From the NCBI GenBank assembly GCA_963776345.1, contig CAVZMH010000001.1:64001-128000 (forward strand): a stretch of DNA of 64,000 nt, given 5' to 3'. A program made the position numbers and the translations under genes. Source of the stretch: an uncultured delta proteobacterium (GTDB lineage: Bacteria > Myxococcota > Myxococcia > Myxococcales > Myxococcaceae). Below are positions 28,551-43,473 of the stretch, one piece after another. Under the pieces are notes generated by a model, which saw only the letters and a list, made by a program, of their open reading frames with translations, was not told the DNA's origin and did no database searches. The stretch's first letter is position 1. Every line of letters starts with the position of its first letter.

Positions 28551-30440
28551 ATGTCCAGTCCTGGTGAACCCGCGCCCCAGCGGTGGCCCGGCGCGAAGCT
28601 CGCCATCGCCGCGCTGGGCATCGTCTTCGGCGACATCGGGACCAGCCCGCTCTACGCGATGCGGGAGTGCTTCGGGGAGCACGGCGTCACGCCCACCACG
28701 GAGAACGTGCTCGGGGTGCTGTCGCTGATGCTCTGGTCGCTCACCCTGGTGGTGGCGGTGAAGTACCTCGGCTTCATCATGCGGGCCGACAACCAGGGCG
28801 AGGGCGGCATCTTCGCCCTCCTGGCGCTCATCCCCCGGGCCGAGACCCGCTGGGAGATCCGGCAGCGCACCGCGGTGGTGCTGCTGGCGCTCTTCGGGGC
28901 CGCGCTCCTCTACGGGGACGGGGTCATCACCCCGGCCATCTCGGTGCTCTCGGCGGTGGAGGGACTCAGCATCGCCACCAGCGCCGCCGAGCCGCTGGTG
29001 GTTCCCATCACCTGCGTCATCCTCGGGCTGCTCTTCCTCGTCCAGCGCCGCGGCACGGCCCGCATCGGCGGCATCTTCGGCCCGGTGATGCTCCTGTGGT
29101 TCCTCTTCATCGCGGTGGCCGGGCTGGTCCAGATCGTCTCCACCCCGGGGGTGCTGGCGGCGGTCAATCCCTGGCACGCGGTGCGGTTCTTCCGGGCCAA
29201 CGGGTTCCGCGGCTTCGAGGTGCTGGGCGCCGCCGTGCTGGCCATCACCGGTGGCGAGGCGCTCTACGCCGACATGGGGCACTTCGGGCGGCACCCCATC
29301 CGGATGAGCTGGTTCAGCGTGGTGTTCCCGGCGCTGCTCCTCAACTACTGCGGCCAGGGGGCTTTGCTCTTGTCCGACACCGCGGCCCGGGCCAACCCCT
29401 TCTACGCGCTGGTCCCCCGGCCGCTGCTGGTCCCGTCGGTGGTCCTGGCCACCCTCGCCACCATCATCGCCAGCCAGGCGCTCATCTCCGGCGCGTTCTC
29501 GCTCACCCGCCAGGCGGTGCAGCTGGGTTACGTCCCACGGCTGAACATCGTCCACACCAGCCGGGAGAACGAGGGGCAGATCTACCTGCCGGCGGTGAAC
29601 CAGGCCCTGATGGTGGCCTGCATCGCGCTGGTGCTCGGGTTCGAGAAGTCGAGCCGGATGGCGGCCGCCTACGGCATCGCGGTCACCGGGACGATGCTCA
29701 TCACCACCCTGGTCTTCTTCTTCATCATCGTGAACGCCTGGCGCTGGCCGCTGTGGAAGGCGCTGTCGGTGACCTTGCTCTTCCTCTGCATCGACATCCC
29801 GTACTTCACCGCCAACCTCATCAAGTTCGTCCAGGGCGGGTGGTTCCCGGTGCTGGTGGCCATCGCGGTCTTCGCCTGCTTCACCACCTGGAAGCGCGGC
29901 CGGGCCGAGCTGGCCGAGCGCTTCGCCGCGAGCGCCCTCAGCGTGGACGAGCTGCTCGCCGACCTGGCCCGGAGCCCGGTCACCCGGGTGCGGGGAACGG
30001 CGGTGTTCCTCAGCTCATCGACCACGCTGGTCTCGCCGGTGCTGCTCCACCACCTGAAGCACAACCAGGTGCTGCACGCGCAGGTGCTGCTGCTCTCCGT
30101 GCTCCCCCTGAACGTGCCCGAGGTCCCCCCCGAGCAACGGGTCTCGGTGGAGCCGCTCCCCCTCGGCTTCTTCCGGGTCACGGCCAAGTATGGGTACCGC
30201 CAGAGCCCCCGGGTGCCGGAGATCCTCCGCCGGGCGCGCTCCCTGGGGCTCCTGACCAAGCCCGAGACCACAAGTTTCTACGTGGGGCGTGAGACCGTGC
30301 TGCCCCGCGGACGGAGCCACATGGCCTACTGGCGGAAGGTGCTGTTCCGGGTCATCTCCCGGAACGCCCGGGCCACCACGGACTACTTCTCCATCCCCCC
30401 GGGCCGGGTGGTGGAGCTGGGGATGCAGATCGACCTCTGA
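28551..30440 (+). CDS. kup: Potassium transporter Kup
   Basis: GIVFGDIGTSPLY, GEGG, YGDGVITPAISVLSAVEGL, GEALYADMGHFG. Confidence 0.97.
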   Translation: MSSPGEPAPQRWPGAKLAIAALGIVFGDIGTSPLYAMRECFGEHGVTPTTENVLGVLSLMLWSLTLVVAVKYLGFIMRADNQGEGGIFALLALIPRAETRWEIRQRTAVVLLALFGAALLYGDGVITPAISVLSAVEGLSIATSAAEPLVVPITCVILGLLFLVQRRGTARIGGIFGPVMLLWFLFIAVAGLVQIVSTPGVLAAVNPWHAVRFFRANGFRGFEVLGAAVLAITGGEALYADMGHFGRHPIRMSWFSVVFPALLLNYCGQGALLLSDTAARANPFYALVPRPLLVPSVVLATLATIIASQALISGAFSLTRQAVQLGYVPRLNIVHTSRENEGQIYLPAVNQALMVACIALVLGFEKSSRMAAAYGIAVTGTMLITTLVFFFIIVNAWRWPLWKALSVTLLFLCIDIPYFTANLIKFVQGGWFPVLVAIAVFACFTTWKRGRAELAERFAASALSVDELLADLARSPVTRVRGTAVFLSSSTTLVSPVLLHHLKHNQVLHAQVLLLSVLPLNVPEVPPEQRVSVEPLPLGFFRVTAKYGYRQSPRVPEILRRARSLGLLTKPETTSFYVGRETVLPRGRSHMAYWRKVLFRVISRNARATTDYFSIPPGRVVELGMQIDL

Positions 30441-30473
30441 GGTGTGGCATGTTCCGGGGCCGAGGTGCGGACC

Positions 30474-31271
30474 ATGCTCCCTGTTGCGTGCTGGATGCTG
30501 CCGGCGCTGGCGCTCGCGGCGAACACGCCAGGGCGTTCTCCCGCCGAGGAGCTGGAGGCGGAGCTCGCGAAACAGGTCAAGATCCCCGAGCCCGAGCTGG
30601 TGGTGGTCACCGACGGCCCGGACCCGGCCCGGTTCGACCTGGTCGAGGGCACGGTGGAGCTCGACGGCCGGGCGCTCCCCGGCCCGGTGGAGCCGGGGTG
30701 GGGGAAGCCGTTCTTCCGGGGTCCGGTGGTCCCTGGAAACCATGTGCTCACCGCCCAGTTCACGTACCGGGGCTCCCGGACGGGCGCGTACCCGTGGAGC
30801 GGCTCGTTCGTCTACCGCGTGCCGGGGAAGGTCGAGTTCCAGGCCCAGCGGGGGCTCCGGCTGGTGGTGCACCTCCGGGTCGAGGAGCACCTGGACCAGG
30901 AGGAGTCGCGCAACCGGCTGGCGTTCCGGGCTGCGCTCGAGACGGAGATGACCGCCACGGTGGACGACGCGCCGATGCCGCCGCCTCCCCCCAAGGTCCT
31001 GACGCCGGAGGAGCTGTTCAAGCCGGAGCTCGCCCCGTCCCTGACCTCGGTCCCGGAGACGGCCCCGCCGGCGAAGACCAAGAAGAAGGCGCCGAAGAAG
31101 AAGAAGACCACCGTCGCCGCGGGAGCCTCGCTCGACGCGGCCACGGCGCGGCTGCAGAAGGCCATCGCCACCCCGGCCCCTGCACCGCCCCCGAAGACGG
31201 GCAAGACGGGCTCGAGCGGCAAGAGCTCGCGCTCGAAGGGGCTGCCGGACGCCGGGCCGCTCCAGGACTGA
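30474..31271 (+). CDS. Hypothetical secreted protein with Pro/Lys-rich tail
   Basis: Signal peptide ALALA/A, beta-rich domain (PGNHVL..YRG), KKK-rich C-terminus. Start uncertain (30444 or 30474). Confidence 0.7.
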   Translation: MLPVACWMLPALALAANTPGRSPAEELEAELAKQVKIPEPELVVVTDGPDPARFDLVEGTVELDGRALPGPVEPGWGKPFFRGPVVPGNHVLTAQFTYRGSRTGAYPWSGSFVYRVPGKVEFQAQRGLRLVVHLRVEEHLDQEESRNRLAFRAALETEMTATVDDAPMPPPPPKVLTPEELFKPELAPSLTSVPETAPPAKTKKKAPKKKKTTVAAGASLDAATARLQKAIATPAPAPPPKTGKTGSSGKSSRSKGLPDAGPLQD

Positions 31272-31277
31272 GACGAG

Positions 31278-31311
31278 AAAGGGCGCCGCCGGATGTGCTC
31301 CGGGGCGCCCT
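31278..31311 (-). terminator. Intrinsic terminator downstream of fusA
   Basis: GGGCGCC-CCGGA/TCCGG-GGCGCCC stem followed by TTTCT on the minus strand. Confidence 0.6.
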
Positions 31312-31340
31312 CGGGTCCTTCGACGATGCGAGGCGGGTGA

Positions 31341-33446
31341 CTACCGCCGCTCGGCGGCCAGCTTCTCGCGGTAGGCCTTCATCATCTCCTCCTGCTCCAT
31401 CCGCGGCACCGGGGCGTACTTCGCGAACTCCATGGTGAACTCGCCCTTGCCCTGGGTCGCGGAGCGGAGGTCGGTGCTGTAGCCGAACATCGAGTTCAGC
31501 GGCACCTCGGCCACCGCCACCACGTAGCCCTCGCGGTTCTCGGTGCTGAGGATGGTCCCGCGGCGCTGGTTCAGCTGGCCCACGACCGAGCCCTGGAAGT
31601 CCTCGGGCGCCTGCACCTCGACCTTCATGATCGGCTCGAGGATGGTCGGCTTGGCGGCCTCGTACCCCTCGCGGAAGCCCATGATCGCCGCGGTCTTGAA
31701 CGCCTGCTCGGAGCTGTCCACCGCGTGGCTCGCCCCGTCGTTGATCACCGCCCGCACGCCCACCACCGGGAACCCGATCAGCGAGCCCTTCTTCATCGCT
31801 TCGCGGAAACCCTTGTCCACCGCGGAGATGAACTCCCGGGGGATGGCACCACCGGCGATGTCGTCCACGAACTCGTAGGTCTCCACCGCGTCCGCCGGGA
31901 GCGCCTCGAGGTACCCGCAGACGCGCCCGAACTGACCCGAGCCCCCGGTCTGCTTCTTGTGGGTGTAGGCGAAGTCGCCGCGCTGGGTGATGGTCTCGCG
32001 GTAGGCCACCTGGGGCTTGCCGGCCACCACCTCGCAGGCGTACTCGCGGCGCATCCGCTCGATGTAGATCTCGAGGTGCAGCTCACCCATTCCGCTGATG
32101 ATGGTCTGGGCGGACTCCTCGTCACGGTGCACCCGGAAGGTCGGATCCTCCCGGGTGAACCGGTTGAGCGCCTTGGAGAAGTTGGCCTGGCCGGTGCGCT
32201 CCTTGGGCGCCACGGCGAGGGAGATCACCGCGTCCGGGACGTGCATCGAGGTCATGGTCACCGACAGCTCGCCGTCGGTGAAGGTGTCGCCCGAGGCGCA
32301 GTCCACGCCGAAGAGGGCCACGATGTCGCCGGCGCTGCCCTCGCCGACGTCGATCATCTCGTTGCTGTGCATCCGGACGATCCGGGGAATCTTCACTCGC
32401 TTCTGGTTCGACTGGTTGACGATGAAGTCGCCCTTGGCGATGCGCCCCTGGTAGATGCGTATGTAGGTCAGCTGGCCGTAACGCCCATCCTCGAGCTTGA
32501 AGGCCAGGCCCACGAACGGCTTGTCCGGGTTGGACTCGAGGACGAGCTTGGCCTCGTTGTTCTTCTGGTCGTGCGCCTCGTTGGTGACGTCGCTCGGGTT
32601 CGGGAGGTAGTCCCGGACCGCGTCGAGGAGCAGCTGCACGCCCTTGTTCTTGTAGGCAGAGCCGCACATGACCGGCGTCATCTTCAGCGCCAGGGTGGCG
32701 CGGCGGATCGCGGCCTTCAGCTCCTCGTTGGAGATGGGCTTGTCGGCGATGAAGAGCTCGGCCAGGTGGTCGTCCACGTTGGCCACGCCCTCGATGATGT
32801 CGTGGCGGGCCTGCTTGGCCTGCTCCACCAGCTCGGCGGGGATCTCCTCCTCGCGGACGTGCTCGCCGTTCTCTCCGTCGAAATAGTAGGCCTTGCCGAC
32901 GATCGGGTCGACGATGCCCTGGAACCGGTCCTCGTTGCCGATCGGGATCTGCAGCATCACCGGGTGGTGGTTCAGCTTCTCCTTGAGCTCGGCGGCCACC
33001 CGGGCGTAGTTCGCCCCGGCCCGGTCCATCTTGTTGACGAAGGCGATGCGCGGGACCTTGTAGCGGCGCATCTGCCGGTCGACGGTGATCGACTGAGACT
33101 GCACGCCGGACACCGAGCAGAGGACGAGGATCGCCCCGTCGAGCACCCGGAGGGCGCGCTCCACCTCGATGGTGAAGTCCACGTGGCCCGGGGTGTCGAT
33201 GATGTTGATGTTGACGTCCTTCCACAGGCAGAACGTCGCCGCGGACTGGATGGTGATGCCCTTCTCACGCTCCAGGTCCATCGAGTCCATCTTGGCGCCG
33301 ACCCCGTCCTTGCCACGGACCTCGTGAATCTCGTGGATCCGGCCGGTGTAGAAGAGGATGCGCTCGGTCAGCGTGGTCTTCCCACTGTCGATGTGGGCCG
33401 AGATGCCGATGTTGCGAACGCGTTCGATGGGGATGTTGGACGCCAT
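31341..33446 (-). CDS. fusA: Elongation factor G (mitochondrial EFG1/spirochaete-like type)
   Basis: [50 protein letters not shown]; not in an rpsL-rpsG-tuf context. Confidence 0.96.
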   Translation of the reverse strand: MASNIPIERVRNIGISAHIDSGKTTLTERILFYTGRIHEIHEVRGKDGVGAKMDSMDLEREKGITIQSAATFCLWKDVNINIIDTPGHVDFTIEVERALRVLDGAILVLCSVSGVQSQSITVDRQMRRYKVPRIAFVNKMDRAGANYARVAAELKEKLNHHPVMLQIPIGNEDRFQGIVDPIVGKAYYFDGENGEHVREEEIPAELVEQAKQARHDIIEGVANVDDHLAELFIADKPISNEELKAAIRRATLALKMTPVMCGSAYKNKGVQLLLDAVRDYLPNPSDVTNEAHDQKNNEAKLVLESNPDKPFVGLAFKLEDGRYGQLTYIRIYQGRIAKGDFIVNQSNQKRVKIPRIVRMHSNEMIDVGEGSAGDIVALFGVDCASGDTFTDGELSVTMTSMHVPDAVISLAVAPKERTGQANFSKALNRFTREDPTFRVHRDEESAQTIISGMGELHLEIYIERMRREYACEVVAGKPQVAYRETITQRGDFAYTHKKQTGGSGQFGRVCGYLEALPADAVETYEFVDDIAGGAIPREFISAVDKGFREAMKKGSLIGFPVVGVRAVINDGASHAVDSSEQAFKTAAIMGFREGYEAAKPTILEPIMKVEVQAPEDFQGSVVGQLNQRRGTILSTENREGYVVAVAEVPLNSMFGYSTDLRSATQGKGEFTMEFAKYAPVPRMEQEEMMKAYREKLAAERR

Positions 33447-33609
33447 GATGTGTGTCTGCTTCCTCGACGACTGCTTGGAGGGGGGAGGCCCGCCCTTCGA
33501 TGCGACGGGCGGCGGCCCTGTACTGCCGAACGGGCCCGATTGCCAGCGCCCGAGGAACCTAACGCGGCCGAGACATCACGCAAACTGATGCCCGGCCTGG
33601 TCCGGTGAC

Positions 33610-33641
33610 AGAAGAATTCACGATGCACCCGGCGTCGTGAA
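33610..33641 (-). terminator. Intrinsic terminator downstream of phhA
   Basis: TTCACGACGC/GCATCGTGAA stem (33617-33641) followed by TTCTTCT on the minus strand. Confidence 0.6.
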
Positions 33642-33667
33642 ATCCACCGTCGGGACAGGAGCTTACA

Positions 33668-34528
33668 TCACTTCGCCACGCGGTCCAGCCAGCGGGTGAC
33701 CGTCCGCACGGCGTCCGGGAAGGAGGGGGCCACGAACAGGACCTCCTGGTAGACGGTGGGGTCGTACGGCCGCGCGGTCATCTGCTCGATGTTCAGCGGG
33801 ACGAGCTTGGCGTGCGTCTGGAACCGCTCCAGCTCGCCGAACGAGGAGAGGAGCCCGGCTCCGTACGCCTTCAGCTGGTCGCCCTCCTTCGCCACCCCGA
33901 ACTCGAGCGTGTACCAGTAGACCCGCTCGATCTGCTTCAGGACGTCCTCGCTCACCCGGTCCGCGGCGCGGCCGAAGGCGCGGTTCAGCGCGGCGAAGCC
34001 CTCGTCGGCGAGCGTGGCGGCGTGGCCGACGAGCTCGTGCACGATGTCCGGCTCGGGCGTGTAGAGCGGCACCGTGTGGTGCCGGATGTACTGGGTGGAG
34101 AGGAACTGATCGAAGCGAAGGTTGCCCAGGAAGGCGCGCGAGGTGACCAGGCCCGCGACGGGGACCATCGAGTAGCCGGTCGTCCCGGAGAGCTTCTGGT
34201 TCACCTCGCGGAGCTGCGGGATGCGCTGCCGCGAGAAGCTGACCCGGTCCGAGCAGACGCGGTACTCGGCCGAGGCGTGCTTGCCGTGCAGCGGGGCGAG
34301 GTGCTCCCAGACCGTGCGCCACACGCCCTGCTCGGTCTCGGTGTACTGGACCTCGGGCACCGCGTCGCCGGGCCGCCAGCGGAGCGCCTGCTGCGCGATG
34401 TGGTTCCGTCGCGCGCGGTACTCCGGGTCGCGGAACCCCGGATGGTTCTGATCGAGCTGGACGATGTCCTCGGCGCCCGCGGTGGGTGCGGAGTCCGCTG
34501 CGCCAGCGAAGGGGAGACCCGGATTCAT
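33668..34528 (-). CDS. phhA: Phenylalanine 4-monooxygenase (aromatic amino acid hydroxylase)
   Basis: STQYIRH, YTPEPD..HE..GH, YWYTLEFG, AYGAGLLSSFGEL. Confidence 0.93.
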   Translation of the reverse strand: MNPGLPFAGAADSAPTAGAEDIVQLDQNHPGFRDPEYRARRNHIAQQALRWRPGDAVPEVQYTETEQGVWRTVWEHLAPLHGKHASAEYRVCSDRVSFSRQRIPQLREVNQKLSGTTGYSMVPVAGLVTSRAFLGNLRFDQFLSTQYIRHHTVPLYTPEPDIVHELVGHAATLADEGFAALNRAFGRAADRVSEDVLKQIERVYWYTLEFGVAKEGDQLKAYGAGLLSSFGELERFQTHAKLVPLNIEQMTARPYDPTVYQEVLFVAPSFPDAVRTVTRWLDRVAK

Positions 34529-34602
34529 CGTCCGGCCAATCTATCCCCTCCCACTGCCAGATGCTCCGCTCGCGGCCCGGTGCCGCCGTGCGTCGCGGTC
34601 GC

Positions 34603-35344
34603 TCAGTAGCGCACGCCCTGCGCGCCCTGCAGCATCTGGTTGGCCTGCATGAGGTAGTACTGCGCCTGCTGTGCGTTCTTCTGGACGAGCGCCGCCTCCG
34701 CCGCCTCGACCAGGCGCGCCGCCTCGGCCGCATTCCTGGCCTCGACGGGAGAGCCGGCGGCCGAGGCCGCGGCGGCCGTCTGCTGGAGCGACACACGGGT
34801 GGATTGCAGCGCCGCCGCGTTCCAGTTGCCGCTGTTCTGGAGCGACTGCATGGTGCCGTCGATCGAGCTCCGGGCGCCGTCCATCTGGGCCGCACGCTGG
34901 CTCCGCGCCTGCTGGTCGGCGAGCCGCGCCTCCTCCGAGGCCCGCTGCTGGGCGGCCATCTGCTGGAGGGCCTCGGTCTGGGCGCGCGACTGCTCGAGCA
35001 GCGCGTCCATCTGCGGGTCGCTCTGACCGTCCGTTCGGTCGGCGTGGGCCTTCTTCTTCCGCGAGGTGCCGGCGTCCGGCTTCGCGGGCTCCTGGACGGA
35101 GATGTGGGTGGGCGGCTCGGGGGGGTCGACCGCGGTCCGTGTTCCGGCATCGCGGGGGGGCGTCCCGGGGTGTCCACCATCCAGGGAGGTGTGCGGTGCC
35201 TCGCCACGGACTGACGCCGGCGTCCGGAGAGCTGGAACGAACGCCCGCGTCGGGAACCTGCGCCACCTGGGGCGCGACCCGGGGTGGGACGCCCGCGTCG
35301 GGGGCGGCGAGCACGGCGGAGAGGAGCAGCAGAGCAGTCATCAC
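34603..35344 (-). CDS. Secreted PDAG-repeat / Gln-Ala coiled-coil protein with one apparent +1 frameshift (~35210)
   Basis: Signal peptide + PDAGV x3 in one frame; the next frame continues (RDAG, KPDAG) into the 34603-35010 ORF. Confidence 0.6.
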
Positions 35345-35552
35345 GCGGTGAACTTAACTCGGGGCACCGGGTCCAGGCCCGCCTCTCGAGGGACCTCGGG
35401 AGCGGGCGCCCGGTCGTCCGCGCGGCGGTACGATGGGTCGATGACGCTCTCGCCGGTGCAGGGCTCGCACGGACGACTCCGACCGGTGAATCGGCCCAGC
35501 GTCGCCGCTCCATGAGCCCCGCCGAACCCCTCCTCCAGCGCCGGCTCGGCCC

Positions 35553-36476
35553 GTGCTAGCAGGCACGCGGGTGGAGAGGCCCGCGCTCGTTCGGTCGACT
35601 GTCCTCTCCCGCGCGGCCGCCGGGGGGCTGGTCCGGCTCCTCCAGGCTCTTCCGCTCCGGGCCGTGGACGCGCTCGCCCGGGGCGTGGCGGCGCTCGCCT
35701 ACGCCCTGGGCATCCGACGGCGGGTGACGCTGGACAACCTCGCCCGGGCGTTCCCCGAGCGGTCCGAGCCGGAGCGGCGGGCCATCGCCCGCGCCGCGTA
35801 CGCCAACATGGCGCGGGTGGTGGTGGATGCGCTTCGCACGCTCGGCGCGCCGCGGGAGCAGCTCCTGGCCGAGGTGCAGGTGGACGACTTCGGTCCGGTG
35901 GAGCGCGCGCTGGCGGGCGGGCGGGGGCTGCTGGTGGCCACCGCGCACCTCGGGAGCTGGGAGCTGTTCGGCGCTGCGATGGCCCAGCGCGTGCCGCTCC
36001 ACGCCGTCGTCCGTCCGCTGCGCGGCGGGCTGAACGCCCGGCTGGTCGAGGCGCGGGAGCGGGCGGGGCTGCGGCTGATTCCGGCGCGCGGCGCGTTGTC
36101 CGGCATGGTGGCGGCGCTCCGGCGGAACGAGGTGGTGGCCATGCTGATCGACCAGGCCATCGGCGGGAAGCATGCGCTCTATGTGCCCTTCTTCGGCCGT
36201 CCGGCGGCGACCACGCCCGCGCTCTCCATGGCCGCGCTCCGGACGGGCGCGCCGACGCTGCTGGTGGTCGCGCTCCGCGAGCAGGGAAGGCTCCGGTTCA
36301 GGGTCGAGGGACCGTTCGAGGTGTCCGACACCGGCGACCGGCAGCGAGACCTCTTCACCCACACCGCGCAGGTGACGGCGGCCCTGGAGCGCGTCATCCG
36401 GGAGGCTCCCCAGCAGTGGCTCTGGCTCCACCGGCGCTGGAAACTCCAGCCCCCGGGGGTCAGCCGGTCATCGTGA
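35553..36476 (+). CDS. Lipid A lauroyl/lysophospholipid acyltransferase (LpxL/HtrB family)
   Basis: TAHLGSWE, LIDQ, VPFFGRPA, PQQWLWLHRRWK. Confidence 0.92.
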   Translation: MLAGTRVERPALVRSTVLSRAAAGGLVRLLQALPLRAVDALARGVAALAYALGIRRRVTLDNLARAFPERSEPERRAIARAAYANMARVVVDALRTLGAPREQLLAEVQVDDFGPVERALAGGRGLLVATAHLGSWELFGAAMAQRVPLHAVVRPLRGGLNARLVEARERAGLRLIPARGALSGMVAALRRNEVVAMLIDQAIGGKHALYVPFFGRPAATTPALSMAALRTGAPTLLVVALREQGRLRFRVEGPFEVSDTGDRQRDLFTHTAQVTAALERVIREAPQQWLWLHRRWKLQPPGVSRSS

Positions 36477-37929
36477 ACGGCAGGTCGTTGCCCCGCGTCG
36501 GAAGCCGCGACGGCGCGCCGGTCAGCACCGAGTCGATGTCGCGCGCGGCCTCGCGCCCGTCGGAGATCGCCCAGACGATCAGGCTCGCGCCGCGCCGCGT
36601 GTCGCCCACCGCCCAGACGCCGGGCCGCGAGGTCCGGAAGCGGCCATCCACCCGGACGTTCCCGCGGGCGTCGAGCGCGAGCCCGAGCTGCGACTCGAGC
36701 GCCGCCGTCTCCGGCCCGAGGAAGCCCATCGCCAGGATGAGGAGGTCCACCTGGCGGGTCGTCTCCGAGCCGGCGACCGGCGCGATGCGGGTCCGGCCCG
36801 TCTCGTCGCGGTCCAGCCGCACCCGGGCCAGCTCCATCTCCGCCAGCCAGCCGTTCCGGCCGATGAGCCGGGTGGTGGAGAGCCCGAACTCCCGCTCTCC
36901 GCCTTCCTCCTGGCTCGACGAGGTCCGGAAGACCAGCGGCCAGTCCGGCCACCAGTTCCCGGTGGCGCGGGTCTGAGGTGGCGCCGGGAGCAGCTCGATC
37001 TGCTCGACGTGCGCCGCACCCTGGCGCAGCGAGGTGCCCAGACAGTCCGAGCCGGTGTCGCCGCCGCCGAGGATGACCACGTGCTTGTCCGCCGCGGAGA
37101 GCTCGGGCGGCAACGGGGCGCCGCCCACGTGGCGGTTCTGCGCCTCCAGGAAGTCCATGGCCCAGACCACGCCCGGAAGCTCGCGCCCGGGGACGACGAG
37201 GTCCCGGGGACGCCGCGCGCCGAGCGCCAGCACCACCGCGTCGTGCTCGGCCGCCAGCTGGTCGAATCCCGGGGCCGTGCCCACGTCCACCCCGCAGCGG
37301 AAGGTCACGCCCTCGGCCTCGAGCAGCGCCACCCGCCGCTCGACCAGCGACTTCTCCAGCTTGAAGTCGGGGATGCCGAAGCGGAGCAGCCCGCCCGGCG
37401 CCGGAGCCCGCTCGTACACGGTGACGGTGTGCCCCGCGCGGTTGAGCCCCGCCGCCGCGGCCAGGCCCGCCGGACCGCTCCCGACCACCGCCACCGTCTT
37501 GCCGGTCCTGGACGCCGGAGGACGCGGGCGCACCCAGCCCTCGCGGAACGCCCGGTCGGCGAGCTCCTTCTCGATCTGCTCGATGGTGACCGGCGCCTGG
37601 TCGATGGCCAGCACGCAGGCCGCCTCGCAGGGCGCGGGGCACAGCCGTCCGGTGAACTCGGGGAAGTCGTTGGTCGACGACAGCGTGGCCCAGGCCTCCT
37701 CCCAGCGCCCGCGCCAGACCAGGTCGTTGAAGTCGGGGATGAGGTTCCCCAGCGGACAGCCCTGGTGACAGAAGGGGATGCCGCAGTCCATGCAGCGCCC
37801 GGCCTGGCGCCGGCTCTGCTCGGTCGCCTGCGGGAGGATGAACTCCCGGGTGTCGTGCACCCGCTCCGACTTCGCGCGCTTGGGCGGCGCCTCGCGCTGC
37901 CACTCCAGAAATCCGGTGACCTTGCCCAT
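36460..37929 (-). CDS. gltD: Glutamate synthase small subunit
   Basis: MGKVTGF, RCMDCGIPFC..GCP, GRLCPAPCE, GSGPAG, GGGDTGSDC. Confidence 0.97.
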   Translation of the reverse strand: MGKVTGFLEWQREAPPKRAKSERVHDTREFILPQATEQSRRQAGRCMDCGIPFCHQGCPLGNLIPDFNDLVWRGRWEEAWATLSSTNDFPEFTGRLCPAPCEAACVLAIDQAPVTIEQIEKELADRAFREGWVRPRPPASRTGKTVAVVGSGPAGLAAAAGLNRAGHTVTVYERAPAPGGLLRFGIPDFKLEKSLVERRVALLEAEGVTFRCGVDVGTAPGFDQLAAEHDAVVLALGARRPRDLVVPGRELPGVVWAMDFLEAQNRHVGGAPLPPELSAADKHVVILGGGDTGSDCLGTSLRQGAAHVEQIELLPAPPQTRATGNWWPDWPLVFRTSSSQEEGGEREFGLSTTRLIGRNGWLAEMELARVRLDRDETGRTRIAPVAGSETTRQVDLLILAMGFLGPETAALESQLGLALDARGNVRVDGRFRTSRPGVWAVGDTRRGASLIVWAISDGREAARDIDSVLTGAPSRLPTRGNDLPFTMTG

Positions 37930-37931
37930 TA

Positions 37932-38111
37932 GTGCTCCGACCGGGGGATGGTGAACACAGCGAGGCGGCCGAGACCGAAGCGAGACGGCGCACCAGAGGA
38001 GCGAGCCGCGGAGGCGTGCCTTGCGGCACGTCGAGCAGCGGAGCGACGAGGCTGCGCGTCGCAGCGAGAGGATCGGATGCCGCAGCGTTCAGCATCCCCC
38101 GGTCGGAGCAC
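37932..38111. mobile_element. MITE (180 bp) with 25-bp terminal inverted repeats and TTA target-site duplication
   Basis: 37932-37956 and 38087-38111 are reverse complements at 24/25; TTA at 37929-37931 and 38112-38114; no transposase. Confidence 0.88.
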
Positions 38112-42653
<4,542 letters not shown>

Positions 42654-42788
42654 TTCCAAGACCTCCCGAACGACCGGTCTGCCGCACAGCGGCAAACTCA
42701 CAGCGTACGGGAAGTGGCTGACCCGGCTCAAATGTGGGCGGCCGCCTCCGTTCACTGCCCCCGATGAGGCGGGCTTCCGCGGGCGGGC

Positions 42789-42950
42789 TCGAGGGTGTCA
42801 GACACCTCGAAAATCGGAGGAGTGACAACCGCTTGGCTGTTGTCGTCTGCCTGTTCGGCTCATGACCGAGCGGGCGTCGGCGGGCCAGGGGCGTTCCCGG
42901 GCGCACCGTGTCGTGGCGCGACAGCTCGAAACAGAGGTGTTTGACACCTC
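42789..42950. promoter_or_regulatory. Two GGTGT-N3-ACACC palindromes upstream of gltB (operator or REP-like)
   Basis: GGTGTCAGACACCTC at 42794-42808 and GAGGTGTTTGACACCTC at 42934-42950. Confidence 0.45.
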
Positions 42951-42976
42951 CGACGGGCGGTCGGTGGCGGACCGCG

Positions 42977-43423
42977 TCAGCCGTGCGTTCGGAGAGAACG
43001 GCTCCAGAGCTCCTTGAGGTCCGCCGGGAGCTGGGACTCGACCTGGCTCGCCTCTCCCTCGCTGACCTGTGCGCGGAGCGCGTGGAACACCGCCAGGATC
43101 AGATGCTCGGCCCGGTCCGGCGGGACCCCGAGCTCCTCGGCGACCATCGCCACGAACTCGGCCCGGTCCAGCGCGCGGGGACGGACGCCGGCGTGCTTGT
43201 CACACCGGGCCATGAGATCTCGCAGGTTCGCCGGCAGCTGCGCCTCGAGGTCCTTCCCTTCCTCGGGCTGGATCCGTCGCTCCAGCGCGCAGAGCACCGC
43301 GACCGCGGAGCGTTCCGCCAGCGCCTCGGAGATCGTGCCCACGCGGCGCAAGTAAGTCATGAAGGCGGCGAACGTCTGGCTGCGCCGCGCCTCGCTCCGC
43401 TCGGCCCTCTTGCTGGCATCCAT
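42977..43423 (-). CDS. DUF2267 family protein
   Basis: Two repeats of 'AVL..L..RI..EE..DL.AQLP..L'. Confidence 0.82.
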   Translation of the reverse strand: MDASKRAERSEARRSQTFAAFMTYLRRVGTISEALAERSAVAVLCALERRIQPEEGKDLEAQLPANLRDLMARCDKHAGVRPRALDRAEFVAMVAEELGVPPDRAEHLILAVFHALRAQVSEGEASQVESQLPADLKELWSRSLRTHG

Positions 43424-43473
43424 CGGGAGACCCTCCGAGGATCCACTGCTCCCCTCGGGCGCCGATTGCAACG

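Noticed and set aside
36460..36476. 17-bp convergent overlap of the acyltransferase and gltD
   Set aside because: Short 3' overlaps are common in compact GC-rich genomes.
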